A stretch of DNA of 64,000 nt from Bythopirellula sp. (GTDB taxonomy: Bacteria; Planctomycetota; Planctomycetia; Pirellulales; Lacipirellulaceae), in assembly GCA_965216565.1 (NCBI GenBank), contig OZ244170.1, positions 1,920,001-1,984,000 on the forward strand, in the 5' to 3' direction. Under the pieces are notes generated by a model. That model was not told where the DNA came from. It saw only the letters and a program-made list of their open reading frames with translations, and searched no databases. Shown here piece after piece: positions 50,523 to 61,300 of the stretch (position 1 is its first letter; every line of letters begins with the position of its first letter). The position numbers and the translations under genes were made by a program.

Positions 50523-50725
50523 AGTTGCCTATCTCGAAGTACTTTCTAAAGTCCGTGGAATCGGTAATGAATTTCTAGATTAAACGCTGCTACCGGGTAA
50601 CACCCGAAGCGTGATTCCGTTCCATCAACAAATACGACGGCATTGTCGATTCTTCCAGAAATCCTGAGTTTTCTTCCCTTTAGCCGAGATCAATATCTTG
50701 GCTGACGAAAACAACAGCGTTCGCC

Positions 50726-51223
50726 CTAAGGCAAACTCCTTGCAGGTTCACTCGAGACGCCCTTGCCGGCCCACAGCTGGTCGTACTCCGCACCATCGAC
50801 TTCGCGTGTTTCCATGTTCAGGAAGCCAACCATGCGAGTTCCGTCGACACCGGTCGACTCGAAAACAACCGGTTCAGAACTGCCCATAGCACTGCCCTTA
50901 ACCGAAAAACGTATCTTGAATGGCTCATTGTCACGCGAACTGACGAAGAGGGCGTCGATCGAGCTAGGATCGATACCAATCCGTTGCAGCTTTTCCGGTT
51001 TGACACTCGAGATGAACTCTTTGAATTTATTTTCGTTCTTCGGTCCCTTCCAGTTATGTTTCATCTGGTAAGCAAGATAAAGGTTAGACAGCCGCTTGAG
51101 GTTCGAGTCGTTCGCCCGGGCGATTGCCTCACTAGTATCAATTTCACTCATGCAACCTGCCAGGCTACTTAAGAGTAGTGAACAAGCGATTGCACGAACT
51201 GTGACCGAATGCGTTTTAGCCAT
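50726..51223 (-). CDS. Lipoprotein of unknown function (DUF1559-associated)
   Basis: Lipobox LAGC after a hydrophobic stretch from ATG 51223. Confidence 0.8.
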   Translation of the reverse strand: MAKTHSVTVRAIACSLLLSSLAGCMSEIDTSEAIARANDSNLKRLSNLYLAYQMKHNWKGPKNENKFKEFISSVKPEKLQRIGIDPSSIDALFVSSRDNEPFKIRFSVKGSAMGSSEPVVFESTGVDGTRMVGFLNMETREVDGAEYDQLWAGKGVSSEPARSLP

Positions 51224-51311
51224 GAAATCTTCGAACGTCCTATTTAATTGACGGTGTGCTGACAATTCAATCAACAGATTGAACCATCGTCCGTTGAGCC
51301 AACCTGACTCA

Positions 51312-52346
51312 TTACAAATTATTCAAATCTACGATTGCACCATCGGAACGCTTTCCGAGTTGATCGAGCAATATCAAGTCCGCGTCACTCGAGAGAGTTT
51401 GGGTAGAGCCATCGCCAAACACGGTTACAAAAACTCCTGGGTGGGCAGAGCCGAAGCCAAATTCTTCACCCTGAGATCGAGTTCGCGGTTCGTTGTCTGA
51501 CAATACAGGAAGCTCTTCGCCACTACCACCATTCGTTAATGCTCCGAACTGGCGCATGATAGGCCAGTCGGCGCCGGTGTAATACCCGTAGAGTTCCCAG
51601 AAGGGGAATGGGCTGGTCGATTCGAGTGAGTAGGCGTCGGATCTTACTGCTTTCTCTGCGAGCAGCATCGTATTGGATGATCCATCTTCAATCGCATTGA
51701 AGCTGACTTTCTGGAACTTCCATACCTTGCCGTTATTCGTGTTGACATGCCCACCCTTGGTGAGGATCCCGGTCCAAACTGTAGTTTCTTCATTGACCTC
51801 CGGATCACCCTGATTCACCCCTTTGGGCGGCTTACTTATTTGCCATTCAAAACCTGTCCAGCCCGGATCATTCCAGCTTGCCATCACACCTGCGTAGTCG
51901 CCGACTCGGTATAGATCGGTGCCGTTAATCACCCATCTGTTGTCACGGGTCGGACAATTGAACGCAGAAACTGGTGTTTCGATCATCCCGCTATCGATGA
52001 AACTTGGATTGCCACCATTTTCGCGGAGGTCCGCAATATTTTGCAGTTCCAGGTAAGGCAGTATCTGGTACATCCAGCTGCCGGTTTCGTATCCGGTTTT
52101 ATTTTGGTTGAAAAACTGCTCGACCGCTCCACCTGCAGAGGGAAAGTGGCCCTTGGCAGACTCAAAGTTCATGCAAGCCAATCCGAGCTGCTTCATGTTG
52201 TTCGTGCACTGGGCACGGCGGGCTGCTTCGCGAGCTGCTTGTACTGCGGGAAGCAACAGGGCTACCAAGACGCCAATAATGGCAATCACGACGAGCAGTT
52301 CCACCAGGGTGAAGCCCGCAACAGATTTATTACGCTTTACTGACAT
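51312..52346 (-). CDS. DUF1559 prepilin-type protein
   Basis: [42 protein letters not shown]9-DG motif ([12 protein letters not shown]). Confidence 0.95.
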   Translation of the reverse strand: MSVKRNKSVAGFTLVELLVVIAIIGVLVALLLPAVQAAREAARRAQCTNNMKQLGLACMNFESAKGHFPSAGGAVEQFFNQNKTGYETGSWMYQILPYLELQNIADLRENGGNPSFIDSGMIETPVSAFNCPTRDNRWVINGTDLYRVGDYAGVMASWNDPGWTGFEWQISKPPKGVNQGDPEVNEETTVWTGILTKGGHVNTNNGKVWKFQKVSFNAIEDGSSNTMLLAEKAVRSDAYSLESTSPFPFWELYGYYTGADWPIMRQFGALTNGGSGEELPVLSDNEPRTRSQGEEFGFGSAHPGVFVTVFGDGSTQTLSSDADLILLDQLGKRSDGAIVDLNNL

Positions 52347-52390
52347 CTTATTCTTTCCTTAAAAATATATGCCCTAAATATGATATGACA

Positions 52391-52421
52391 GTGGGCCCGA
52401 TCCGGACGGGATCGGACCCAC
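52391..52421 (-). other. Intergenic RNA hairpin without a U-tract
   Basis: Minus strand GTGGGTCCGATCC-CGTCC-GGATCGGGCCCAC; the single imperfect pair is a G.U wobble only on the transcribed strand. Confidence 0.7.
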
Positions 52422-52462
52422 GTAACGAGTCTACTCTAATGAGGGTCGCTTATCGACTCCGA

Positions 52463-54130
52463 CTAGCGGTTACGTCGACGCATCAACAATCCGGCAGCCA
52501 GCGAACCCAATAGTAAAGTTGAGGGTTCTGGAACAGCAGTAACGGCTGACGCGAGTGGCGACGTGCCATACTGGGCTTCGTAGATTGCCAGGTCAGCGCT
52601 ACCTACCGTTCCATCGCCATTGGCATCGCCATTGGAGTTGTCGATCTGGCCGGTCAAACCCAGATTCTGCTGAAGAATCAGGAAGTCCAAACCGCTCACA
52701 ACACCGTCGCCATCGAAGTCGGCATTGTCGAGCGAGACTACCGCATCGTCGAAGGAGACGTTGTCGATGAAAATACCGGTCGGTGCAAAGTTGCTCGACC
52801 GATTGGTGATACCGAACTGAATGAGATGACCAACAAAGTTGGGGTCGATATCAAACAGCACCGAGCCAGACGTCCAGGACGAACTGGACAATCCCAGCGT
52901 GGAGGCGTCGAGCAAGCTCTCGGCACTAGTCACGAATCCATTGTTCGGATCGATCGTTCGGATATAGAACTGAGCAAAGGATTGGTTCGGATCGTAGGCA
53001 GCATTAGGATCGGTGGGTAGAGTCGCGTCAAACTTGAACTCTACTTGTCGGCCAGCGTCCGCAGAACCAACAAGAAGCTCTTGAAAAATGCTGCTCTCAA
53101 CGATATCTGTGCCATTGAAGTGGCCTTGGTTGGTGGTTCCTGGTCCGCAACAGTTGTAATCGCTAAACGTGTTGAGGTATTGGACACCTTGGCTAGGGCC
53201 TGCTTGACCGCTGGCTACGCTAGAGAAACCGCTGCCACCGTTCGGTGCTCCGAATGGACCATACTGGAACTGGAAATTGTTACCGCTATCAAACACGGCC
53301 CCGAAGCCTCTCCAACCATCATTGTTGAGGGCTTCAGGATTAGCAGCGACTGTTCCAGTCTCCGCTTCGAAGTCTTGAGTATAGGAACCGAAAGTGTCAT
53401 TGATGCTAAAGTCGACCACGTCGTAGCCGACGCCTGAAGCTTCGAAACCGGAGGCCCAGTTGTCGAATCCAAACTGCAGCAAGTCTCCCTGGAGATCACT
53501 AGTAATCGGCAGGCTTAGGGTCATCTGCACAAAGTTGTTCGGGTCGGAATCCAACGCAGTGGTTTCCACCGAATATTTTGCCTTCGTGAAGAAGAAGGTC
53601 GGATCCAAGGATTTAATAAAGGCATTGGCCTTGGTGCTTGTGGCTGTAATATCAGCTTGAGCATCCTTATGAGCCAAGAAACTAAACTTGGCCGTCTTAC
53701 CAACGTCTGAGGCGGCGATGAATTGCTCGCGGAAGACTAGAGACTCGATTCGATCGTTGGGATCTCCGTGGTCACCATTCTGGTAATCGCTAATCACAAC
53801 AAGTTCTTGGTCCCCTTGAGGAGGCGTGCCCTCGAAGGATGTAGTCTTGATGAGGGAGAACGCAGCGAAAGAAGGATTGTTGGGAGCCGGAAAAGAGAAG
53901 TAGTTGTATCGAAGAACCGTGGTGTCGGCTCCAAGATAGGTGCCGGGATCTGAGGCAAAAACATTGGCGCCGACCAACCAACCATCATGAAGGGTATTCG
54001 GATCTGTCTGTACAGTTCCGGGCAGCTCAAAATCTCGAGAATAAGGCACTAGCTGCGCCATGGCTGACGCTGCATGGAAACCGACGACGGCCGCACTGAT
54101 TGCCAGTGCAAAATTTAGTGAATTGCGCAT
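52463..54130 (-). CDS. PEP-CTERM surface protein with two tandem homologous beta-sandwich domains and a dockerin-like repeat
   Basis: CAGGAG RBS + ATG 54130, signal peptide, internal duplication (YSRDFE/YTQDFE...QFG), DFDGDG repeat, VPEPSTLLL...RRRNR. Confidence 0.9.
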   Translation of the reverse strand: MRNSLNFALAISAAVVGFHAASAMAQLVPYSRDFELPGTVQTDPNTLHDGWLVGANVFASDPGTYLGADTTVLRYNYFSFPAPNNPSFAAFSLIKTTSFEGTPPQGDQELVVISDYQNGDHGDPNDRIESLVFREQFIAASDVGKTAKFSFLAHKDAQADITATSTKANAFIKSLDPTFFFTKAKYSVETTALDSDPNNFVQMTLSLPITSDLQGDLLQFGFDNWASGFEASGVGYDVVDFSINDTFGSYTQDFEAETGTVAANPEALNNDGWRGFGAVFDSGNNFQFQYGPFGAPNGGSGFSSVASGQAGPSQGVQYLNTFSDYNCCGPGTTNQGHFNGTDIVESSIFQELLVGSADAGRQVEFKFDATLPTDPNAAYDPNQSFAQFYIRTIDPNNGFVTSAESLLDASTLGLSSSSWTSGSVLFDIDPNFVGHLIQFGITNRSSNFAPTGIFIDNVSFDDAVVSLDNADFDGDGVVSGLDFLILQQNLGLTGQIDNSNGDANGDGTVGSADLAIYEAQYGTSPLASAVTAVPEPSTLLLGSLAAGLLMRRRNR

Positions 54131-54336
54131 GGGTCTCTCCTGTGAAAACTTCATCCTGGTATTACTCGTTAATGAATAGATCGATCGCCCGAAGCATGCC
54201 AAGATTTCTGGCATGGCTCCGACTATCTCGCGCCGAACAACGCTAGTTGTGGTCTCTGCAAAAGCAGCACCGCTGCCCCATAGAAATGGGTGCCGCCTGT
54301 CCCGCCCCAAGCCTCCTCGAATCTGCTCAGTCTTGG

Positions 54337-54393
54337 CGGCAATCCTCGGGCGCGAGCGAGGGGGGGATACGCTCTACGCCCGAGGGTCTACCG
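54337..54393 (-). other. Long intergenic hairpin between the two PEP-CTERM genes
   Basis: CCTCGGGCG...CGCCCGAGG stem, extended by an inner GAGCG/CGCTC pair and an outer CGGTAG/TTGCCG pair on the minus strand. Confidence 0.6.
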
Positions 54394-54450
54394 TTGCCTT
54401 CTTTTGCAATCTTAATCAGTCTGCATACCGCCTAAGATCGCGAACATCTT

Positions 54451-55119
54451 CTACTTTCTGCGACGTCCACCGAGCATGGCAATCACGCCCAGGCCAGCCA
54501 AGGCGATGGTGCCTGGTTCTGGAATGGCGGTGAATGACGAAGCATCGACGAACAAGTTTCCAGGGGTTCCGCTAGCGCTGAACGTTTCAACCGCGATAAC
54601 TCCCCGACCCGAAACTGCACCAACAGGTGCGGTGTGTGTTTGCGAGAAAGGCTGGTACGAAGTTGTCAGTGAACCCGCGATGGATTGGTTGTTATCGAAC
54701 TGGCCACCGACAAAGTTTCCACCACCATCTAGCCATTCAATGCGAAACTCAGCACCCATTGGGAATGGAGCGCCACTGTTGGACTTAGCGTCGAAAGCGA
54801 ATGTGTAATCAATACCAGCAGTCACTGGAACACTCTGTTGAACACCAGAAAATCCAGCTGCTGTGCCGTCGTTAGCAATGCTCAAGTGATGTGCGCCATC
54901 GCTAGGCATGATGGTGCCGCTGTAACCAGCATCAACTGTGCTAAATGTACCAGTGGAACCGGCACCGAAAAATGCAAACCAGTTTGGTAGGCTCGGATCG
55001 CCATACTCGAGTACGGACTCGAAGCTGGCGTTGTTGAATAAGTTAGCGGAAGCCGATTTGGCAGAAACTGCCAAGGCGACAACTGCCAGTGCAACGGTAA
55101 AGAATTTAACGACCTTCAT
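54451..55119 (-). CDS. PEP-CTERM surface protein, single CBM-like domain
   Basis: GAGGGAG RBS, signal peptide, NASFE beta-sandwich, IPEPGTIALAGLG...RRRK. Confidence 0.9.
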   Translation of the reverse strand: MKVVKFFTVALAVVALAVSAKSASANLFNNASFESVLEYGDPSLPNWFAFFGAGSTGTFSTVDAGYSGTIMPSDGAHHLSIANDGTAAGFSGVQQSVPVTAGIDYTFAFDAKSNSGAPFPMGAEFRIEWLDGGGNFVGGQFDNNQSIAGSLTTSYQPFSQTHTAPVGAVSGRGVIAVETFSASGTPGNLFVDASSFTAIPEPGTIALAGLGVIAMLGGRRRK

Positions 55120-55269
55120 TAGTCACTCCCTCAATAAAAAGAAACAGAAAAGTAATGGAAGGCGGTGCCCCATCCGCCACGTAATGTGAATTCAAATCAC
55201 GGTCTCGAAACAATCTCTCTTGGAGCCCTCCAAGTTGCTAGTGGAATAGTAGTCGCCCGAACGGGCCTG

Positions 55270-55322
55270 TGAAACTGTTTCAGTGACAGTTTCCAATATG
55301 TCCGATTTTTCTAATAAGTCAA
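55270..55322 (-). promoter_or_regulatory. Promoter plus putative LacI operator for the glucan operon
   Basis: Minus strand TTGACT-16 nt-CATATT, immediately followed by a degenerate copy GTGACAGTTTC (55283-55293) and the perfect palindrome TGAAAC-T-GTTTCA (55270-55282). Confidence 0.7.
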
Positions 55323-55478
55323 GCAATACTGTGGAAAATTTTCGGAATGTTCCTGAGGACCTAAGAGCAGCCCTCACGCTTCTATTATTACCAAATGGGC
55401 CAATAACGGAAAGGAAAAGTAGACCTCATACAATGAAAACTTGTTACACGTGGTTTACAGGGACCAATGAACCGTTTG

Positions 55479-56576
55479 CTAAGTTACCGCGGTCTGTTTC
55501 GCTGGAATTTCTGTCTGCATCATTAACCTGGTTCCATCGGGCAACACTCTGGCCGTTAGCTCTGCTGGGGGGCCAGTCGTCTGGTTGAGTTCGAGCCAAG
55601 TGCTAGCCGCGGTGGCCTGATGCGATTCTCTGCAACTACTGCTCTGTACGAACTGGGCCAGTCTTGAAAAGGCCTCTTTTCCCAATTCAACCGCATTTTG
55701 GCAAATTGCGGTTAGCTTCGGATAAACGTAATCCCGGCTGTCGCGGTCATCGAATCCTAGAACCGACAAGTCCCGCGGTATCTCGAGGTTCATATTGCGA
55801 GCTTCATTCAGCAAACCAACTGCTACCGAAGGGTCGGTCACGTATACCGCCGTCGGCGGTTTAGGGATGCTCATCATATTCCGTAAAAGTTGGGCACCGT
55901 CGGAACGATGTGCCGGTATCCGAAATAGAAGCTCGGGATCGACCGTAAGACCGGCAGCTTCGATGGCATCGCAGTAGCCGCGATACCGGTCCGCGTGATC
56001 TCCATCTTCGAATTTATTCGAAGCCAGAGCAATGCGCTGATGTCCCAGCGAGAGTAGATGCTGGATGCCTTGTTTGCTGGTTGTATACGAGTCTGCATAG
56101 ACGAAACTGAGCGTATCATGCTCAAAATGATCTCCCACAACGACGGCAGGAAAGTTTTCCGCCGCGATCGCTTCGCAAACAGCGCGTCCCTCTACAGTGG
56201 AGCGGAGCACCACGCCCCGTACGCCCTTGCGGAGGAAATATTGGGTATAGGTCTCGTCCGAGCCACGATCACGCGTTGGATTCAGTACCACAAGATCGAA
56301 ATCCAGAGCGTCCATCGCCTGGCCCATTCCCTCGATCAAAGCCATATCGTAGGACGAACCCAAAGAAAACGGTCCCGTGTAGACTAGTGCCAGAAAGGAG
56401 GTCGTTCGCCGACTAACGGTAGGCACATAGCCACAATGGTTAATTGCATCGAGAACCTTCGTGCGAACGTTTTCGCTCACCGCAGGATTGTTGTTGATCA
56501 CCCGGGAAACAGTGGCGATTGAGACCCCGGCGTTTTCTGCAACTTGGCGTATAGTTGGCACTTGAATCGACTCCAT
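55479..56576 (-). CDS. LacI family transcriptional regulator
   Basis: TIRQVAENAGVSIATVSRVIN HTH; sugar-binding domain ending SVLGFDD. Confidence 0.95.
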   Translation of the reverse strand: MESIQVPTIRQVAENAGVSIATVSRVINNNPAVSENVRTKVLDAINHCGYVPTVSRRTTSFLALVYTGPFSLGSSYDMALIEGMGQAMDALDFDLVVLNPTRDRGSDETYTQYFLRKGVRGVVLRSTVEGRAVCEAIAAENFPAVVVGDHFEHDTLSFVYADSYTTSKQGIQHLLSLGHQRIALASNKFEDGDHADRYRGYCDAIEAAGLTVDPELLFRIPAHRSDGAQLLRNMMSIPKPPTAVYVTDPSVAVGLLNEARNMNLEIPRDLSVLGFDDRDSRDYVYPKLTAICQNAVELGKEAFSRLAQFVQSSSCRESHQATAASTWLELNQTTGPPAELTARVLPDGTRLMMQTEIPAKQTAVT

Positions 56577-56584
56577 TGGCCCTA

Positions 56585-56609
56585 TGAAACAGTTTCTGTA
56601 TGCTGTTTC
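56585..56609. promoter_or_regulatory. Second putative LacI operator between lacI and the divergent transporter
   Basis: TGAAACAGTTTC (56585-56596) has the same GAAACWGTTTC core as the 55271 site, followed by a degenerate CTGTTTC half-site. Confidence 0.65.
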
Positions 56610-56760
56610 TCAGTCTAACCACGGTCGAGAATCTGTCAAATTACGATTTCCACGCATTTAGGCCGATTCCCGCTGAAAATAGACTTTCAGACCAGATGAT
56701 TCAGATCCCTTGGACGCCTCGACAGTGAGCAGTACGACGAAAACCTTGAAAAACCAGGAA

Positions 56761-58176
56761 ATGGGCGATCGGATCTCACTGGTCCAGAAGTTGGCCTATT
56801 CGTCGGGCGTGCTGGTGAACAACCTGCAGGCGGCCGCCGTTCCGGCGATGGTCGTCATTCTGAACCTCGGGCTGGGCGTGTCTCCCGAGTGGGTGGGGAT
56901 TATCGTCTTCGTCCCCCGGATGGTCGACGCCCTAACGGACCCCATCGTGGGCTATATCTCCGATAACACGCGTACTCGCTGGGGGCGCCGGAGGCCTTAC
57001 ATCTTTGTTGGTGCCCTGTTGGCTGGCGTCCTCTTTGCTTCGATGTGGCAGGTTCCGTCTGGCCATTCTCAGAATTTCTATATCACGACGTTCATCTTCG
57101 CCTTTATTTGCTATTTCTTTTCCTACTCGCTCTTCGCAACTCCCCTGGTTGCGTTCGGGTATGAAATGACGCCCGACTACCACGAGCGGACCCGCCTGCA
57201 TGCCTTCGCCAATACTATTGGCCAGCTACCTTGGCTAGGCGTGCATTGGTTCTACGCCATCATGGCCAACAAGAATTATTTCGCCGACGAAGCCGAAGGG
57301 GCTCGCTATCTGTCCATCTATGTGGGTGCGACGATCTGCATCTTCGGCGTATTGCCGGCAATCTTTTGTCGCGAAAGAATCTTGCCCCAGGCTGTTGCTG
57401 TGGGAGAGCCGGGTGAGTTTTGGGGTCGAAAGCTTGTCACACACATCTCACGTTTCTTGGGAGATTTCAAATCAACGTTGTCTTGCCGACCCTTCATGAA
57501 ACTGTGCGCGGCAACTTTCCTCGTCTTCAATGGCTATGGCGTAGGCATTTCATTCACTCTCTATGTACTCATCTATTACGTATTCTCGGGCGACAGAGAG
57601 GCGGCAGGGTTTTTGAACGGTTGGTTCGGAATGATTACCGTGGTGAGCAGCATCATCCTAATCCCGCTCACTGGTTGGATTGCGACGAAGATCGGCAAAC
57701 GCGAAACGCTACTCGCCGCACTCTGCCTTTCTCTGGTCGGTTACAGCTTGAAATGGTTCGGCTTCAGCCCCGACTATCCCTACTTGCTGCTTATCGCATG
57801 CCCATTCATCGCCTGCGGTATCGGCACTCTATTCACGCTGATGAATGCGATGGTGGGCGATGTTTGCGACTACGATGAACTGCAGAGCCACAGCCGCCGC
57901 GAAGGCGTTTTCGGCGCTATCTATTGGTGGATGGTAAAAATCGGCATGGCGTTGGCAGGACTGGTCGCGGGCATCCTGCTGGAAAAGTCTGGCTTCAACG
58001 TCAAGCTGCCGGAGCAGTCGGACAGCACACTCGAGTTAATTCGTTTGATCGACGTCGTGGTGCCTTTCGTGACGACCGCACTCGCGATTTGGATTCTTTC
58101 CACCTACGAGATCACCGAAAGCAAATCCCTCCAGATCCGCCAGCAGCTCGAAGAGAGACGGGGCAAACTGCTCTAG
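56761..58176 (+). CDS. GPH-family (MelB-like) glycoside:cation symporter
   Basis: PRMVDALTDPIVGYISDNTRTRWGRRRPY, YEMTPDYHERTRL, DVCDYDEL...RREG; start could be upstream (56710). Confidence 0.92.
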   Translation: MGDRISLVQKLAYSSGVLVNNLQAAAVPAMVVILNLGLGVSPEWVGIIVFVPRMVDALTDPIVGYISDNTRTRWGRRRPYIFVGALLAGVLFASMWQVPSGHSQNFYITTFIFAFICYFFSYSLFATPLVAFGYEMTPDYHERTRLHAFANTIGQLPWLGVHWFYAIMANKNYFADEAEGARYLSIYVGATICIFGVLPAIFCRERILPQAVAVGEPGEFWGRKLVTHISRFLGDFKSTLSCRPFMKLCAATFLVFNGYGVGISFTLYVLIYYVFSGDREAAGFLNGWFGMITVVSSIILIPLTGWIATKIGKRETLLAALCLSLVGYSLKWFGFSPDYPYLLLIACPFIACGIGTLFTLMNAMVGDVCDYDELQSHSRREGVFGAIYWWMVKIGMALAGLVAGILLEKSGFNVKLPEQSDSTLELIRLIDVVVPFVTTALAIWILSTYEITESKSLQIRQQLEERRGKLL

Positions 58177-58391
58177 GCTTCGGCTCCAGGACAACGCCTA
58201 TTCATCCCAGACTTCCCTAAGCACCATTCTTCGAGTATGAATGGCTAAGTTTGCGGATTTCGGTAAGTTTACTGGCAAAGTGCGACGATTACCTGTATCA
58301 GGACCTCCAGGCCCAAGGATCGGTGTACGTACTTCACCTTGGCTACCTACGAGGAGCTTTTCTCGATCATCTTTTCACAATTGAATCCTTC

Positions 58392-61300
58392 ATGACACGT
58401 ACGGTCCTTAAGAATCCGTATTTGGTTGGCGTGCTCTCCACCGCAATTCTGGTGCTAGGGCTCTACACCTATCCAAAGATTCCAAAGGACTTACTGCCCA
58501 TTTTCGAGACGTCGGCGGTGCAGATCGTGACGTTCTATCCCGGCATGCCGCCGGAGATTATGGAAAAGGACATCATGAGTCGCATGCAGCGATGGACGGG
58601 TCAGTCCGTGGGCATCGAGCATCAAGAAGCCAAGGCGATGACCGGTGTTTGCATTGTGAAAGACTTCTTTCGAGAGGGAATTTCGCTCGATACGGCGATG
58701 GCTCAAACCACGAGCTACGCGATGAGCGACATGTTCTACCTGCCGCCGGGCACGATCCCGCCCATGCTAATGCCGATCGATCCGACTGCCACGTTGCCAC
58801 TTTGCCTAGTAGTGGTCGACAGTCCGGGCATGAACGAGCAACAACTCTACGACATCGCCTACTACGAACTCCGCAACAAGCTGCAATCCATCCAGGGGGT
58901 GATCTCGCCCGCTGTGTTTGGTGGAAAACTGCGTCGGATCTACGCCTATATGAATCCAGCCAAGCTCGAGGCCTATGGCCTGACGCTGATGGACGTGCAG
59001 AACCAACTGGCCAAGTACAACGTGCTGATCCCCGCGGGCAATATGAAAGTGGGCCAGCAGGATTTCCAGCTCTTCACCAATGCAGTTCCCGAAACCATCG
59101 ACGATCTGAACGACTCGGTCATCAAGACGATCGAGGGCGTCCCGGTTCGAATCAGCGACATTGGCCGCGTCGAAAACAGCTCGCAGATCCAATCGAATAT
59201 CGTCCGCATCAACGGCGGTCGCAAAGCATATATCCCCATCTATCGGCAACCTGGTGCCAACTCGATTGAGATCGTCAAAACGATTCGCAAGAATCTGAAG
59301 AACATTCTAGACCGTTTGAAGAACGAACGTGCCGGTGACACCGGCATCGACGAGTTAGTCTTGTCGGTTGCCATGGATCAATCAGGGCCGGTTCAACAGA
59401 GCATCGCGGGATTGCAGTTTGCCGCGGGGCTGGGCGGCGTGCTGGCCGGGGTCGTCGTGCTGGTCTTCCTGCGGAATATCATTTCCACCTTTGTGGTCGT
59501 GCTGGTGATTCCGCTAGCCGTCTTGGCGGCCGTAGTCGGGATGTACTTTACGGGCAATACCGTCAACTCAATGACCCTCGGTGGTCTGGCATTGGCGATC
59601 GGGATTCTGGTCGACCAGTCCATCGTTGTGTTGGAAAACATCGTCCGGCACGTCAACATGGGCAAGACCCCGCTGCAGGCGGCACTCGAAGGGACTCAGG
59701 AAGTCACGGTTCCGATCTTCATTTCGACGGTCACTTTCGCAGTAGTATTTTTCCCCACGGTGTTCTTGAGCGGTTTGGCGTCCTACTTGTTCACACCTCT
59801 GGCACTTGCCACGATCATGGCGATCGTCGTGTCGTTCTTGCTATCGATTACATTAGTACCCGCCTACTGTGCGTTGTTTCTCCGACCAGAGAAGCACTCG
59901 TCTACTGAAAGCAAGCCAACGATGCTCACCGAAGCCGTGGGCAGTGTGGTTGCGGGCTGCATCAAACTTCGCTGGTTGGTCGCTGCGGGGGCGGCGGCCC
60001 TGTTTGTGGTTGCTGCTTTTGCGGCAACTCAGATGGGCCAAGAGCTAATCCCTCCGATCGACGCGGGGCAATTCACTATCTATGTACGCATGCCGTCGGG
60101 GACGAACATCGACCTGACGGATGATCGTATTCAAAAAATTGAACAGGCGATCATCCAAGAGACGGGGGAACCCGACCCCAGCTTTGCCCTGGGTGTTGAA
60201 AAAATCGCCAATTCCAATCTGCAGATTCTCATCTCCAACATTGGAGTGCTGAACGACTGGCCCGCAGCTTACACGTCCAACATCGGGCCGGGCGATGCCT
60301 TTATGCTCGTGCAACTCAAAGGCAAATCAGGCCAACCTGGTGCCTTCGACTACGTCGAACTGCTCCGCCAGAAACTCAATAATCAGTTTCCCGATGTCGA
60401 GTTCGCCTTCGACACCGGCGGCATGTTGACCTCCGCGCTGAACATGGGCGAACCTTCGCCTATCCATTTCCAAGTGAGCGGCGCTAAGCTCGAAGAGATG
60501 CGGGAAATTGCCGAGCATGTGGAAGATGCAGCCAACGCGGTCCCGGGCACCGTCGACGTGCGAATCGCGCAGCGGCTCGACTATCCCACGATGACAATCA
60601 CCATGAATCGAGATAAGGCCGCACGCATGGGGCTCACCCCGGAAGGCGTGATGCAGAATCTCGTCTCGGCAACGAATAGTTCGGTCGGCTTCGATCCGGC
60701 ATTTTGGGTCGATAAGTCCAAGGGCAATCACTACTTCATTGGTGTGCAGTACCCCGAGGAATTGCTCACCAACATGGAAACGATTCGCAACATTCCCATC
60801 GGGATGGTGGACGGAGTGCCAATTCGGTTGCGCAACGTGGCAGATATCGAGAAGGCCGAAGGTCCTGGTGTTGTGAATCATCGCAACATCACCCGGGTGA
60901 TGGACATCTATGCCAACGTCCAGCGGGGGTACGACGCCGGTACGATCATGTCCAATATCGAAGCCAGGCTACTGGCGGAAAATAACCCGCTGGGGGCGAC
61001 CCTGGACACCGACGATCGGGGCGAGGTTTACCGACTGGGGAACTATCCCGGAACGGCGCTCCGCTCCCAAGGCGAGGTGAAAGAAATGCGGAAGTCATTC
61101 AGCCAATTCACGGCTGGTTTTGCGATTGCCGCAGTGCTCGTCTATCTGGTGATGGTCGCCCAGTTCTGCAGTTTGCTCGATCCGCTGGTGATCTTGCTGA
61201 CCGTGCCGCTCGGCTTCATTGGTGTGGTTGCCGCCTTGTTGCTTACCGGATCCAACCTTTCGATCATGTCCTTTATGGGCATCATCATGATGGTGGGGAT

